A DNA stretch of 64,000 nucleotides from Candidatus Sumerlaeaceae bacterium (GTDB taxonomy: Bacteria > Sumerlaeota > Sumerlaeia > Sumerlaeales > Sumerlaeaceae), in NCBI GenBank assembly GCA_049968255.1, contig JBMFRB010000001.1:333395-397394 (forward strand), given 5' to 3'. The translations under genes and the position numbers were made by a program. Numbering within the stretch: position 1 is the stretch's first letter; every line of letters starts with the position of its first letter. Shown here one piece after another: positions 38,870 through 49,314 of this stretch. The notes under the pieces are model-generated. The model saw only the letters and a list, made by a program, of their open reading frames with translations, was not told the origin of the DNA and ran no database searches.

Positions 38870-40152
38870 AACGCGGTGGGGCCCACTCCCAACGCATGCT
38901 TTTTGCGGCCACGATTGCGATGCTTGTTGTGGCCCTGGCACTTCTGGCGCATCTGTTGCGGCGCTTCGAAGGCGACATCCAGGCGAATGTACGGGGCCTT
39001 CAGCGTGTGCTCGCCACGGAAGCCCTTTTGCGCGATCCCTCGGATCCTTACGTGCGCTTCGGCCCACTTGAAGAGTTGGTGAGCAAATATGCCGAACACC
39101 CCTATTTGCGCGAGATGACCATCACCAAATACTTTCGCAATCGCGAAGTTGTTGTTTATCCCTTTTACTATCCAGCGGTACGCGAACTGCCTGAGGCCCA
39201 GCAGCGCCTCGTTGCGCGGCGTAATCCTTGGCCCGACAAGCTCGGCTCGGATGTTCTTAGGGTTCCCCTCCAGGCCCGAGGACGCTTGTTAGGAAATCTC
39301 TACGTGCGCATTGACCGTACGGCTTTGCAAAGTTTTCAGCTAGCGATAGGTTTGTTCACGCTTTTGCTGGTCGGTTTTGTCGGATTGTACGTGTCTGAGT
39401 TCCGACGACAACAAGCCGAAATTTCGCGTACAACTATCGAGCTCGAAGAAAAACGCCGCGAGTTGATGCGGCTGGAACGACTAGCGCTGGCGGGGCAACT
39501 GAGCGCGAGTTTGCTGCATGATCTGAAAAAACCCGTTCTGAACATAAAGAACGAACTGAGCGACCTGTTGGCCGTCAGCGCACACTTACCCCAAGAGGTG
39601 CGCAACACTCTCTCGCTGCTAGTATCGCAGGCACAACTTTTTTTCGGCATGCTTCGCGAAACGAACCTTGAACGTTTTGTTCGAGGCGAGGGCGAGCTGG
39701 AATATGCCGACGTCAATGAGTTGATCAAAACAAGCTTGGCACTCGTGCGTTATGAGCGGGGCCAGATAGAGCAGGAGCTTCATCTTGGCGAAAATCTCTC
39801 ACCGGTGCTTGTGCAGCCAGTGCAACTCGTCCAAGTGTTTTCTAATATCATTCTCAACGCCTATCAGGCAATGGAGGGACACGGCAAGCTGACTATTCGT
39901 TCCGCACAAGAAGGCTGCCGCATCTGGGTAGAGTTCAGAGACACAGGTCCGGGAATTTCGCAAGAGGACCTCGACAAAATTTTCGCCCCGTTTTTCTCGA
40001 CCAAAACATCGGACAAGGGAACGGGCCTGGGCCTCTATATAAGTCGCGACATTGTCCGCAATCTCGGCGGTGACATCCGAGTGACTTCTGACGACAGCGG
40101 TACAACTTTTGTCGTCGAGCTGCCGGTGAACCAAGACGATCAAGAGTCATGA
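38866..40152 (+). CDS. Membrane sensor histidine kinase
   Basis: Two TM segments, H-box LLHDLKKP, N-box [26 protein letters not shown]. Confidence 0.92.
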   Translation: MKRGGAHSQRMLFAATIAMLVVALALLAHLLRRFEGDIQANVRGLQRVLATEALLRDPSDPYVRFGPLEELVSKYAEHPYLREMTITKYFRNREVVVYPFYYPAVRELPEAQQRLVARRNPWPDKLGSDVLRVPLQARGRLLGNLYVRIDRTALQSFQLAIGLFTLLLVGFVGLYVSEFRRQQAEISRTTIELEEKRRELMRLERLALAGQLSASLLHDLKKPVLNIKNELSDLLAVSAHLPQEVRNTLSLLVSQAQLFFGMLRETNLERFVRGEGELEYADVNELIKTSLALVRYERGQIEQELHLGENLSPVLVQPVQLVQVFSNIILNAYQAMEGHGKLTIRSAQEGCRIWVEFRDTGPGISQEDLDKIFAPFFSTKTSDKGTGLGLYISRDIVRNLGGDIRVTSDDSGTTFVVELPVNQDDQES

Positions 40153-41219
40153 AAATCGACCTTTTCGACTACGAGCTTCCGAAGGAATTGATTGCAGCCG
40201 TCCCGGCTGAACAGCGCGATCAGGCACGTCTGATGGTACTGCGGCGCGAAACCAGCTCTATCGAACACACCATTTTTGCCGAAATTGGGCGTTATCTCAC
40301 GGCTGGCGATTTGCTAGTGATCAACGACAGCAAAGTTATTCCGGCGCGTATGCATGGAAAACGAAGTTCGACGGGAGGTGCCGTAGAATTCTTGCTTGTC
40401 GAACGAGTTGGTAGCCACGAGGGACGGGATCGCTGGATTGTCATCTGCCGACCTGCCAAGAAACTGCGACCGGGAGAAACAGTTTATTTTGCGAACAAGC
40501 GACTCGAAGCCACCATTGTCCGATACGTGGACGTGGGTGAGCGCGAGGTGGAATTCAACTGCCCGGATTTATTGCAACGGCTGGGCGAAGTTGGCGAGGT
40601 GCCGTTGCCTCCGTATATCTTGCAGCGACGGCGTGAGCTTTTTCGCAACAAAGCGCTCGTGTTACCGGAGGATTCGGAACGCTACCAAACTGTGTATGCG
40701 CGGGAGCCTGGGTCGGTTGCGGCTCCCACGGCGGGGCTCCATTTCACGTCAGAGTTGCTTGCACACCTTGAAAACCAAGGGGTGCGAATCGCGCGCGTAA
40801 CCCTGCACGTTGGGCCAGGGACATTTCGCCCTGTCGAAGTCAATGACATCGAAGAGCATCGAATGCATGAAGAGCATTACTATGTGCCTCCAGAAACCGC
40901 GGAGGCCATTCGCGCGACAAGGTTGCAAGATGGCCGCGTGGTGGCAGTGGGCACGACAGTGGTTCGCACGCTTGAATCTGCTGTAACGCAGACAGGCGAG
41001 CTACGAGCAGGTCATGGCGCCACTCAGCTCATGATTGTCCCCGGTTATAGGTTCAAAATCGTCGATGCCCTCGTGACAAACTTCCATCTGCCGCGCTCAA
41101 CACTGCTTATGTTAGTGTGCGCCTTCGCTGGACGCGAATTTGTGCTGTCGGCCTATCGCGAGGCTGTTGAAAAACGTTACCGCTTTTTCAGCTACGGCGA
41201 CGCAATGCTGATTTTGTGA
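40149..41219 (+). CDS. queA: SAM:tRNA ribosyltransferase-isomerase
   Basis: FDYELPKELIA, PLPPYI, YQTVYA, AAPTAGLHF, TNFHLPRST, FFSYGDAMLI. Confidence 0.98.
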   Translation: MKIDLFDYELPKELIAAVPAEQRDQARLMVLRRETSSIEHTIFAEIGRYLTAGDLLVINDSKVIPARMHGKRSSTGGAVEFLLVERVGSHEGRDRWIVICRPAKKLRPGETVYFANKRLEATIVRYVDVGEREVEFNCPDLLQRLGEVGEVPLPPYILQRRRELFRNKALVLPEDSERYQTVYAREPGSVAAPTAGLHFTSELLAHLENQGVRIARVTLHVGPGTFRPVEVNDIEEHRMHEEHYYVPPETAEAIRATRLQDGRVVAVGTTVVRTLESAVTQTGELRAGHGATQLMIVPGYRFKIVDALVTNFHLPRSTLLMLVCAFAGREFVLSAYREAVEKRYRFFSYGDAMLIL

Positions 41220-41232
41220 GCCTCGGCTAGGC

Positions 41233-42369
41233 TTACGATACCGAAGCGGCGGAGTTCTTGCCAGCAGCCCGCCGTTCTGCGAAGAGAACACATAGCGTGT
41301 AGGCAAGTAACACGGTGATATCGACAAAAAAGACCGACGCGAGCCAGTGTGCCGCGCCGTCGCGAAGAAGCCGGCCGCGAAGTTGCGCGAGAATGAAGCA
41401 CAGGCCCCACAGTGCAAAATTGAATGCGAGCACTTCGCCGTGCGTCCAACCGGCAACGAGCAGGCGCTGATAAAGGTGCGTCCGGTGTGCCTCGAAGATG
41501 TTCTCTCCGCGCAGCAGACGCCGCACGAGCGTGTAGCAGACATCCCAAATAAAGGGGCTCAGGGCGATCACCGCGCACCAGAAATCAAAGACGTCGAAGG
41601 TAGTTTGTTCGCGACGTAAAGCCAGCACTGCCAAAGCAAAACCAACAAACTGGCTGCCGCAGTCGCCCATGAACGTTTTGCGTTTTGGGAGTGCGCCAGG
41701 CCGATTGAAAAACTGGAAGAACCCAAATAGCGCACCTGCAAGCGTTCCAGCGGCTGTGATCTCACCCAACGTGTTTGGCAGAGCAAAGCTGGCAGCAGGC
41801 AAAACGAAGGCCACCGCTGCCAACGCACCAAAAATCGCCGCCTGCCCGTCCATTCCATCCATAAAATTAAACACGTTCATAAAGAAGACGATGAAGAAGA
41901 TGGTGAAAAGCGCCGCAGCGAACTCGCGCCAAAATGGCGCGGTGCGAGCGAGAAGAGCATCTAGAGGCTCGGGGAGCACAGAGAATCCCACTGCTACGGC
42001 TGCAGCGGCCGCAGCGAACTGGAATAAGAACTTCCATCGAAAATCAAGATGGAGCAGGTCGTCGAGCAGACCACCAACAAATGCCCATGCACCCCCCACA
42101 AGCAGTGTCGTTTTCCAGGGGGCTGGAGAAAAATAGCCTTGCGCATCTAGGAGCAACATGTGCGCATAAAAGGCCCCGACGATTCCAAGTCCCCCAAGAC
42201 GCGGCGTGGGAACGGAATGCGACGCACGCCGGTTAGGATAGGCCAGCACTCCGTAACGACGCGCCAAGACCACGCTCGCACGCGTAAGTAACAAAGCCAT
42301 TCCCCAGCCAAAGATGCCAGAGGCAAACAGATATGGCACGAACGAATTGACGATGATCATCGTGGGCAT
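41233..42369 (-). CDS. WecA/MraY-like undecaprenyl-phosphate sugar-1-phosphate transferase
   Basis: SHSVPTPRLGG, GLLDD, NFMDGMDG, FMGDCGS, HRTHLYQRL; start trimmed. Confidence 0.9.
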   Translation of the reverse strand: MPTMIIVNSFVPYLFASGIFGWGMALLLTRASVVLARRYGVLAYPNRRASHSVPTPRLGGLGIVGAFYAHMLLLDAQGYFSPAPWKTTLLVGGAWAFVGGLLDDLLHLDFRWKFLFQFAAAAAAVAVGFSVLPEPLDALLARTAPFWREFAAALFTIFFIVFFMNVFNFMDGMDGQAAIFGALAAVAFVLPAASFALPNTLGEITAAGTLAGALFGFFQFFNRPGALPKRKTFMGDCGSQFVGFALAVLALRREQTTFDVFDFWCAVIALSPFIWDVCYTLVRRLLRGENIFEAHRTHLYQRLLVAGWTHGEVLAFNFALWGLCFILAQLRGRLLRDGAAHWLASVFFVDITVLLAYTLCVLFAERRAAGKNSAASVS

Positions 42370-42595
42370 AACTCTTGCGAGTCGAAGGCAATCTGAAAAG
42401 AGAAAACTTGCCCCCACTTTGCAAATCAACAGTTCAGGTGAGTAAGCTAATCCCTTGCCGGCCAAGAACTTGGGAAAGGCGCACTAAAGAGGTTTTTGGG
42501 GCCACAAAAATCTGAGTGAAAATTCTCTTGCTGCCCCGCCGTACTTTGCTGAGACGGTTATGAACTGAATAATCGCAAAAGGTGAAAATTTGCGC

Positions 42596-43594
42596 ATGGC
42601 AAAGAAAGCACTGATCACAGGCATCACGGGACAGGATGGGTATTACCTGGCTGAGTTTCTTCACGAGAAGGGTTACGAAGTTTACGGTTTAGTGCGTCGT
42701 TCGAGCCAAAATATCGAACAGCGGCTCGGAAAACTGGCGGAATTTGTGCGTGTGGAACACGGCGATTTGACCGATAGCCTTTCGCTGCGCGAAGTGCTGA
42801 GTCGCGTTCAGCCGGATGAAATCTATAACCTTGCGGCCCAGAGCCATGTGGCGTGGAGCTTTAAGACTCCCGAGAGCACTTTCGACATCACCGGCGCGGG
42901 ATGCCTGCGCCTGCTGGAGGCCATGCGTCAAACAAGTCCTCACTCGCGATTTTATCAGGCATCTAGCAGCGAAATGTTTGGGCAAGTTCAGGAAGTGCCG
43001 CAGACGGAGAAGACGCCATTCCATCCACGAAGCCCGTACGGTGTGGCCAAAGTCGCGGCCTATTGGGCAACGGTGAACTATCGCGAAGGTTATAATTTGT
43101 TTACTTGCAATGGCATTCTCTTCAACCACGAGAGCGAGCGCCGCGGGGAAGAATTTGTGACACGCAAGATCTCGATCGGAGCTGCACGCATCAAGCTGGG
43201 ATTGCAGGATAAACTGGCTTTGGGAAATCTCGAAGCTAAGCGCGATTGGGGCTATGCGCCGGAATACGTGCGCGCCATGTGGCTGATGCTCCAACAGGAG
43301 GACCCCGACGACTACGTCATTGCAACGGGCGAGACCCATTCTGTGCGCGAGTTTTGTGAGATCGCGTTTGCCCATGTCGGCCTCGATTACCGCAATTTCG
43401 TGGTCGAAGATCCGCAGTTCTATCGTCCGGCAGAAGTAAATCTTCTCATCGGAGACGCCACAAAGGCACGCCAAAAGCTGGGTTGGAAGCCGGAAACAAC
43501 ATTCCGCGAGCTTGTGCAGCGAATGGTGGATGCCGACCTCGAGAAGCAGAAACACCTTCTGAGCCAGAGCGGACTCACACCAAAACCGCGCTAG
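42596..43594 (+). CDS. gmd: GDP-mannose 4,6-dehydratase
   Basis: [49 protein letters not shown]. Confidence 0.98.
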   Translation: MAKKALITGITGQDGYYLAEFLHEKGYEVYGLVRRSSQNIEQRLGKLAEFVRVEHGDLTDSLSLREVLSRVQPDEIYNLAAQSHVAWSFKTPESTFDITGAGCLRLLEAMRQTSPHSRFYQASSSEMFGQVQEVPQTEKTPFHPRSPYGVAKVAAYWATVNYREGYNLFTCNGILFNHESERRGEEFVTRKISIGAARIKLGLQDKLALGNLEAKRDWGYAPEYVRAMWLMLQQEDPDDYVIATGETHSVREFCEIAFAHVGLDYRNFVVEDPQFYRPAEVNLLIGDATKARQKLGWKPETTFRELVQRMVDADLEKQKHLLSQSGLTPKPR

Positions 43595-43785
43595 CAGGCA
43601 GGTGCCGCCCACGAGACAGTCGCCGGGTTCGTTGATGTGCGCCGCTTGCGGTTTACCATCCAGAGTACGCAATGGGCGCCGATATGGCAGCAAAACGCGA
43701 ACCGATCAAAACAAGAAACGCTGCGGCTGTGCACGCGGCTTTTTTCTGGGGAACGGTTAAGTTCGGACGTTTCGCTCCCAGTCCT

Positions 43786-44352
43786 TCACTTCTCTAGAGG
43801 TGGCTCGTTCGCCTTAGGCCCCCGAGCAGCAGGCTTGCATTCTGGAGCAAAGGTGAGCTGCGTCGGCATGCCCACGATAAGCGTCCCACCCGGGCGCGAC
43901 GACGAAGTGTGAGGAACTATGATTGGTTCGATCACGCGTTTGCCTTCTGGATAACCAGAATCAAGTTTTGACGTGATTCCCAACTGCCCATAATGATAAG
44001 ATAGGGCGGTTGATCCGGACGGTAGGCCGGTTGGCCTGGCACCGAACGTCGTGGTGCAAAAGCCCTTTAATGTACCCCCATATGCATGCTGCCATATAAT
44101 GGGTGCGCGAGGAACAGGCGGGTTCTCCCGGGGATTCAGGAAGAGACTTGTGGACTTTGGCGCATATCCGACGACCCACGAGCGCGAAGCATAGGCTGAG
44201 TACCAAAAACTTTCGTGCATAATACGCGATTCGGGAATGGGCGGAACAGCCTGTTCACTGCGGCTAGCAACCTCTTGGGCCCCCACAAGTGAAGTAGCAC
44301 AAGTCAGCCCTACAACTAGCGCGTTGCACCATGAAAGATTTGTCCTCATCAC
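43786..44352 (-). CDS. Hypothetical secreted protein
   Basis: Signal-peptide-like N-terminus ending VGA-Q; RBS GAGGGAAGGA upstream; no family recognised. Confidence 0.6.
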   Translation of the reverse strand: MMRTNLSWCNALVVGLTCATSLVGAQEVASRSEQAVPPIPESRIMHESFWYSAYASRSWVVGYAPKSTSLFLNPRENPPVPRAPIIWQHAYGGTLKGFCTTTFGARPTGLPSGSTALSYHYGQLGITSKLDSGYPEGKRVIEPIIVPHTSSSRPGGTLIVGMPTQLTFAPECKPAARGPKANEPPLEK

Positions 44353-44365
44353 GCTGGTCCTTCCC

Positions 44366-45208
44366 TCATGTGTTCGGGTTATTTGCCGGTGGCGCTATAG
44401 GGGCCAAAGGCGGCAAGCTGGAGGGCGCTGGCGCGGCCGGCGTTGGTGCTGGCGTTGCCGCGGGCGTGGGTGCCGGAGCCGGTGTTGGCGCCGCTGGTGC
44501 AGGCGTCAAAATTGGCACCTGAACTTCTGGCGAGAACGGACTTTTCTCTGCCGGCGTTGGAGTGGCTTCTTTCGCTTCAGCAGGCGCCGGAGTCACCAGT
44601 TGGCCCTTTGGCACAATCACCATTTCGCTCGGCGGCAAAGCCTGGGGTGGCTCGGGCGTTGGCGTCACCACGCAGGTAATGGGACTCACCACTTCGGCCC
44701 CGGCCACGCCAGGAGCGTAACGCTGCGCCGCATAACTGGCTTCCGCACTGAGGATAGCTGTGGCTGGCGCTTCGACATAGACGGGCAAGGTGGGCGCAAC
44801 TGGCTGCGCGCCCGCGAAACCTTGCGGCCAGAAGTAGGTGCCATAGGGCAGGCTCGTGTAGATATCAGTTCGAAGGAAAGGCGCCGATGCGTAGACATAG
44901 TTCGTCGCCTGCATGACGTTGCCCGGATAAGGCGTGACGGCCGGAACAAGGACACGCGTGACCGTCTGCGGCATGTAGATAATCGGTGGCCCCGCAAATG
45001 CGGGCGAGCGCAAATATGGCGTTCCAACGGGAGCCGCAGCGGCAAGCCCTGTACTGTAAGGGCCTAGGGCTTGTCCGGCTGGAATAGGAGTCACTGCAGG
45101 AGCGGGATACATGCGAAGGTCGCTGCCCCGCGGCGTCATGCGCGGTGACTGCGCAAACACGGCACTCGCAAGCGCCGTCACACCCACAATCACGATTGTT
45201 CTCTTCAT
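44366..45208 (-). CDS. Hypothetical secreted Pro/Ala/Thr/Tyr-rich protein
   Basis: Signal peptide MKRTIVIVGVTALASAVFA-Q; low-complexity TPAP repeats at the C-terminus. Confidence 0.75.
   Translation of the reverse strand: MKRTIVIVGVTALASAVFAQSPRMTPRGSDLRMYPAPAVTPIPAGQALGPYSTGLAAAAPVGTPYLRSPAFAGPPIIYMPQTVTRVLVPAVTPYPGNVMQATNYVYASAPFLRTDIYTSLPYGTYFWPQGFAGAQPVAPTLPVYVEAPATAILSAEASYAAQRYAPGVAGAEVVSPITCVVTPTPEPPQALPPSEMVIVPKGQLVTPAPAEAKEATPTPAEKSPFSPEVQVPILTPAPAAPTPAPAPTPAATPAPTPAAPAPSSLPPLAPIAPPANNPNT
44400..44510 (-). repeat. Coding low-complexity repeat (TPAP/PTPA units)
   Basis: Encodes TPAPAAPTPAPAPTPAATPAPTPAAPAP. Confidence 0.7.
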
Positions 45209-45397
45209 TGTTACAGCCTATCCTCGAACAAAATGGATGCTGATATTCTTGTCCGTCCTACGCCGATGACCTGCCCATTGCGGCCAGGACGGACGCATTT
45301 TGCCACCTTATTTCAGCACCGTCGCACTCTTTGTGCGGAGCTTCGGTGTTGAAAATCAATCCTAAACCTTTCGCGGCCACGGAGAAGTTTCGCGAGT

Positions 45398-46633
45398 CTA
45401 GAATTCGAGCTTTAACCGGTGCGAGAGGAATTCGAACAGCTCGTTGCACAGCTTATCCCAGTCGAAGTGTCGTTCAGCGGCTAGGCGCACTTGGGCACCG
45501 AACCGGTCCCATTCACCGCGCAGTTGGAGCATGCTACTCATTCCCTTGGCAAAACCGTAAGCGTTGGGCTCCGTAAGGAGACCAATCCTATATTTGCGGA
45601 GAAGGCGCCCGGTGGCTCCGACATCGCATGCAACGATGGGACGACCGGCCGCCACATAGTCGCTGAGTTTGTGAGGATAGCGCGCACGGTTCAACGCAAT
45701 GTTAGTCAACGGGAGCAGCAGGACGTCCGCGGCGCCAAGGTAATCGGCAACGCGCTGGAACGGCTGGCGTCCCACGTGCAACATTCGACCGCGAAGAGTG
45801 TCGAAGAGCTCTGGCGTAAGCTTCTCGAAATCTGAGCCAACAACAACGAGGAACGACTCTGGATGCTCGGCAGCGTGGCGAGCAAAAGCTTCGAGCAAAA
45901 GCTGTTCGTCGGTGTGAAAGTTTGCAACATAAACAAAAAGGGCCGCTCCCTCAGGCAAATCGAGACCGCAACGGCGGCGCGCTTCCGACTTGTTCGCTGG
46001 CCGGATCGCATCGAGAGGCGCTCCGCTGTGCATAACGAAGGATCTTTCTTGAAGCTCGGAACGCTCGACGAGGGGATGACGAAGAAACTCAGAAGAAATA
46101 AGAGTCACGGCGTCAGCAATGCGCCATACACGGGGCTCCCAGAATTGCTCTGCTGCGAAGACAAGCCGTCGCAAAGCGCGAATGGGGCGGGGAAGCGAGC
46201 AAAAAGCCGCCGAAGGAATCACGCAGGCTTGATAGAGCCCTTCAGGACCACTCCACCAATCGCTCCAATCCAAGACAACACGTCGGCTCGTCACTTGCCC
46301 CAACCAAGCAGGCACAATGCAATCCGGCTTGTGCGAAAAAGCATAGATAACATCGTAAGGCTGGCGCAAGACTTGGAGCGTGCGCCAAACGTTGTCGAAG
46401 AGTCCCCAGCCTTCCTGGCGCTCATTGAAAAAGGTGCGATAGGGGAACTCGATGAGGCGCAGAAGTCCACGCCCTACCACCTCTTCGTGAAAATCAGGCC
46501 GATATTCTTTGCGCTCGCTGACGTAGCCGAGATCTACGTCGTGGCCGCGCGCTGCCAATCGCTTGGCGATTTCCAACGCGCGAAAGTAGCTTCCGCGCTC
46601 GGGGAGATTGTGAGTCAGCAACAGCGCCTTCAT
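45398..46633 (-). CDS. Glycosyltransferase family 4
   Basis: GT-B C-terminal YLGAADVLLLP...PHKLSDYVAAGRPIVA; start MKALLL via ATGA overlap. Confidence 0.88.
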   Translation of the reverse strand: MKALLLTHNLPERGSYFRALEIAKRLAARGHDVDLGYVSERKEYRPDFHEEVVGRGLLRLIEFPYRTFFNERQEGWGLFDNVWRTLQVLRQPYDVIYAFSHKPDCIVPAWLGQVTSRRVVLDWSDWWSGPEGLYQACVIPSAAFCSLPRPIRALRRLVFAAEQFWEPRVWRIADAVTLISSEFLRHPLVERSELQERSFVMHSGAPLDAIRPANKSEARRRCGLDLPEGAALFVYVANFHTDEQLLLEAFARHAAEHPESFLVVVGSDFEKLTPELFDTLRGRMLHVGRQPFQRVADYLGAADVLLLPLTNIALNRARYPHKLSDYVAAGRPIVACDVGATGRLLRKYRIGLLTEPNAYGFAKGMSSMLQLRGEWDRFGAQVRLAAERHFDWDKLCNELFEFLSHRLKLEF

Positions 46634-47436
46634 TGTTTCGTGCTCTTGTGACAGATGAGGGTAACAAACCATGCATAGCGCCGCAACGGAGGAAACAGGC
46701 AAAAGGCAAGGCGATCCAATACGTGGAGTGGTCGCAGAAATGCCCAGAAAAGGAAGGGGACGCGTAAGCCATACTGCCAGACAAACGCCAGAAAAGAGAA
46801 AAAGTAATCGTACCGTTCGCTTACCAGGGGAAAGAGCCCTCGGACAAGCTGCGTCTGCGCCTGGTCAAAGTACTGTGCGATAGTTTGCCACTCACGGGGT
46901 GCAAATGTTTTGCGGTACACACGAACCAGGGGATGGCGCGCGAGTGGTTCGGAGAACACTGCGACCCCAGAGAGGCTCATCACCCGTTTGCACTCTTCAA
47001 GGGCCTTCGGGAGGTTTGTGTGAATCAGAACCGCACGCGTGGCGATTGCGGGCACCAGATTCGACCGAAAAGGGAGGAACTCCGCTTTGCATGCGATAAA
47101 CGAAATTCGCGAAAAGGCTTCAGGGGGCAATAACTCTTCGACAAGACGGCGCAGGAGCTGAAGGCGCGAGAGCGAGAGATCGCAGGCAATCACGCGATAG
47201 CCAAGCTGCAATAACATAATAACTTCATAACTAAGACCCGCTCCAAGTTCCACGACAAGCGAGCAGTTATTATATTTGAGGAGCTCTAGAAAGAAACGCC
47301 GGTCGGGAACAAGGTAAAAGTCTTTTTCCGCTAGCAGAGTGGCGCACGCATCAACGAGTGGGTCACCGAGATTTGTGGGATCGAGATTCTCATCCCAATA
47401 CCTGCGCTGGTCGAGTGGTCGTTCTTCAGCTTTCAT
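46630..47436 (-). CDS. Class I SAM-dependent methyltransferase
   Basis: VVELGAGLS motif I, ACDLS, AEFLPF, LIH..LEECKRV..GVAVFSEP. Confidence 0.8.
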   Translation of the reverse strand: MKAEERPLDQRRYWDENLDPTNLGDPLVDACATLLAEKDFYLVPDRRFFLELLKYNNCSLVVELGAGLSYEVIMLLQLGYRVIACDLSLSRLQLLRRLVEELLPPEAFSRISFIACKAEFLPFRSNLVPAIATRAVLIHTNLPKALEECKRVMSLSGVAVFSEPLARHPLVRVYRKTFAPREWQTIAQYFDQAQTQLVRGLFPLVSERYDYFFSFLAFVWQYGLRVPFLFWAFLRPLHVLDRLAFCLFPPLRRYAWFVTLICHKSTKQ

Positions 47437-47956
47437 TTTCCGTTGCCTTCGCAATCAGCGCGGCAATCTGCTTGCGTTGCGACCGCCAGGCTTTGTCGTC
47501 GAGACGTAAAGCAAGAAACTTTTCGAGAAGCGACTCCCAGAACTTGTCAAAGTCCTCCAGCAATTGGAAACGCACAATCAAGTACTCCCCCCCTGAACCA
47601 GCACTTGCCGGTGACGGAAGATGCAGGCCGCTCACGAGGAACCGTGCTGCATGAAAGCTAAAGGTGTAGGTGACATTCTTGAAAATGAGACGTATGTGGG
47701 CCCGGTGAACTTTCTTGTTTTCGCGAAATGCGCGCAGGGCCTCTGGCGATTCGAGCGGCATTGTCCCTTTCAGAACGACTGACGTGGCCTCGCCATAGTC
47801 GTTGACCAACTCGACAGGGGATTCGAACCAAATTTCAAAAGGCTCAAAGCCATCGAGGGCAACAGTGCCATTTCCCTTGAAGCTCAGCCAATAAAGCCAC
47901 GTAGCGAATTCTCGCCCGAGAAACTCGGACGCCTGTAGCGCTTCAACTAGTCCCAC
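47426..47956 (-). CDS. Hypothetical protein, possibly RdgC-related
   Basis: FLGREFATWL motif, which I associate from memory with RdgC-like hypothetical proteins; unverified. Confidence 0.6.
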   Translation of the reverse strand: MGLVEALQASEFLGREFATWLYWLSFKGNGTVALDGFEPFEIWFESPVELVNDYGEATSVVLKGTMPLESPEALRAFRENKKVHRAHIRLIFKNVTYTFSFHAARFLVSGLHLPSPASAGSGGEYLIVRFQLLEDFDKFWESLLEKFLALRLDDKAWRSQRKQIAALIAKATENES

Positions 47957-48144
47957 GTCGCTTTACGCTCTCCCTTGTGAGCAAAGTTGCCCAAATCAAG
48001 ACGCGCTCAGAGGGCACAAACAAGCCGAAAAGTATTGCAAGGATGCGTGAAACGACCAATGTAGCACATGTTCCGGCTGCTCTGCTCCCCTCTCGCTGCG
48101 GCACGCAGCGCCTGCTTCGTTCCCACCAAGTGAAACGCGCGGAA

Positions 48145-49314
48145 TCAACGCAACTTGAGCGTGCTCAGCCCAAGAAGGGCGAGGAGTCCCGCTACAATCC
48201 AAAATCGGATGATAATTTTGGATTCAGGAATACCTTTGCGCTCGTAGTGGTGGTGGATCGGTGACATGAGAAAAACGCGACGCCCCGTGAGCTTGTAAAA
48301 GCCGACTTGAATAATAACAGAAAGAGCTTCGATTACAAAAATACCGCCCACCAAGAGAAGGATCAAATCCTGCTTTGTGATAAGCGCGACCGTGCCAATA
48401 AGGCCGCCAAGCGACAGCGAACCAGTGTCACCCATAAAAACCTGGGCGGGATAACAATTGTACCAGAGAAATCCCAAACAGGCACCAATGAGTGCTCCGA
48501 TGAACACGACAACCTCGTCGGCGCGTGGGATGTGCGGAACCATCAAGCGCGTGGCCAGAGCCTCGCTGCTGGCCACATAGGTGAAGATCCCATAGGTCAT
48601 GGCGACGATCGTCATGATGCCAATGCACAGCCCATCGAGTCCGTCGGTGAGATTGACCGCATTCGAAGAAGCAGTGAGGACAATCACAGCATAAAGCAGA
48701 AAAAACGCGCCGAGAAAGGGATAGAGGCGCTTGAAAAAGGGTACAAGCAGATATTCGTAGCCTCTCCAAGGCCCAACCACGCTGCCGGCTTCGCGATAAG
48801 AGTATTTCACAGGTAAGACGTCGGTGTGGCCGAAGTAGTAGAGATAAAAACCGACGAAAAGACCAAGAATCACCTGTCCAAGGATTTTATTGCGGGCACT
48901 CAGCCCATCCCATTTGCGCTTTGTCACTTTGAGATAATCGTCGAGAAAGCCAATCCCACCAAAACCAAAGGCGACGAGCAGTAGAAGCCACACGAGCGGA
49001 TTCGTGAGATCACAGAAGGTGAGCACTGGGACCGTTAGGGATAGCAGAATGAGCACACCGCCCATGGTGGGTGTTCCTGCTTTTTTCCCATGCATTTGCG
49101 AGAGGTCAGGCGCGCCGTGAATTGTTACCGTCCGAATAGGCTGCCCAGCCTTGAGGGCTCGCAGCACAGCGATAATTCGGGGCCCCGTGACGAGCGAAAG
49201 AAGTAGAGCAAAGATCAGTGCGACGGCGGCACGAAAGGTCGTGAACTGGAATGGATTTACGTAGATTCCAGCGAGTTGGTGCCTGTGGAGATAATCCAAG
49301 AGGTGGTAAATCAT
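48145..49314 (-). CDS. mraY: Phospho-MurNAc-pentapeptide translocase
   Basis: KAGTPTMGG, GFLDDYLK, SNAVNLTDGLDG, VFMGDTGS, PIHHHYE. Confidence 0.98.
   Translation of the reverse strand: MIYHLLDYLHRHQLAGIYVNPFQFTTFRAAVALIFALLLSLVTGPRIIAVLRALKAGQPIRTVTIHGAPDLSQMHGKKAGTPTMGGVLILLSLTVPVLTFCDLTNPLVWLLLLVAFGFGGIGFLDDYLKVTKRKWDGLSARNKILGQVILGLFVGFYLYYFGHTDVLPVKYSYREAGSVVGPWRGYEYLLVPFFKRLYPFLGAFFLLYAVIVLTASSNAVNLTDGLDGLCIGIMTIVAMTYGIFTYVASSEALATRLMVPHIPRADEVVVFIGALIGACLGFLWYNCYPAQVFMGDTGSLSLGGLIGTVALITKQDLILLLVGGIFVIEALSVIIQVGFYKLTGRRVFLMSPIHHHYERKGIPESKIIIRFWIVAGLLALLGLSTLKLR

Noticed and set aside
42689-43693. 334-aa antisense ORF
   Set aside because: Mirror frame of the well-conserved gmd gene
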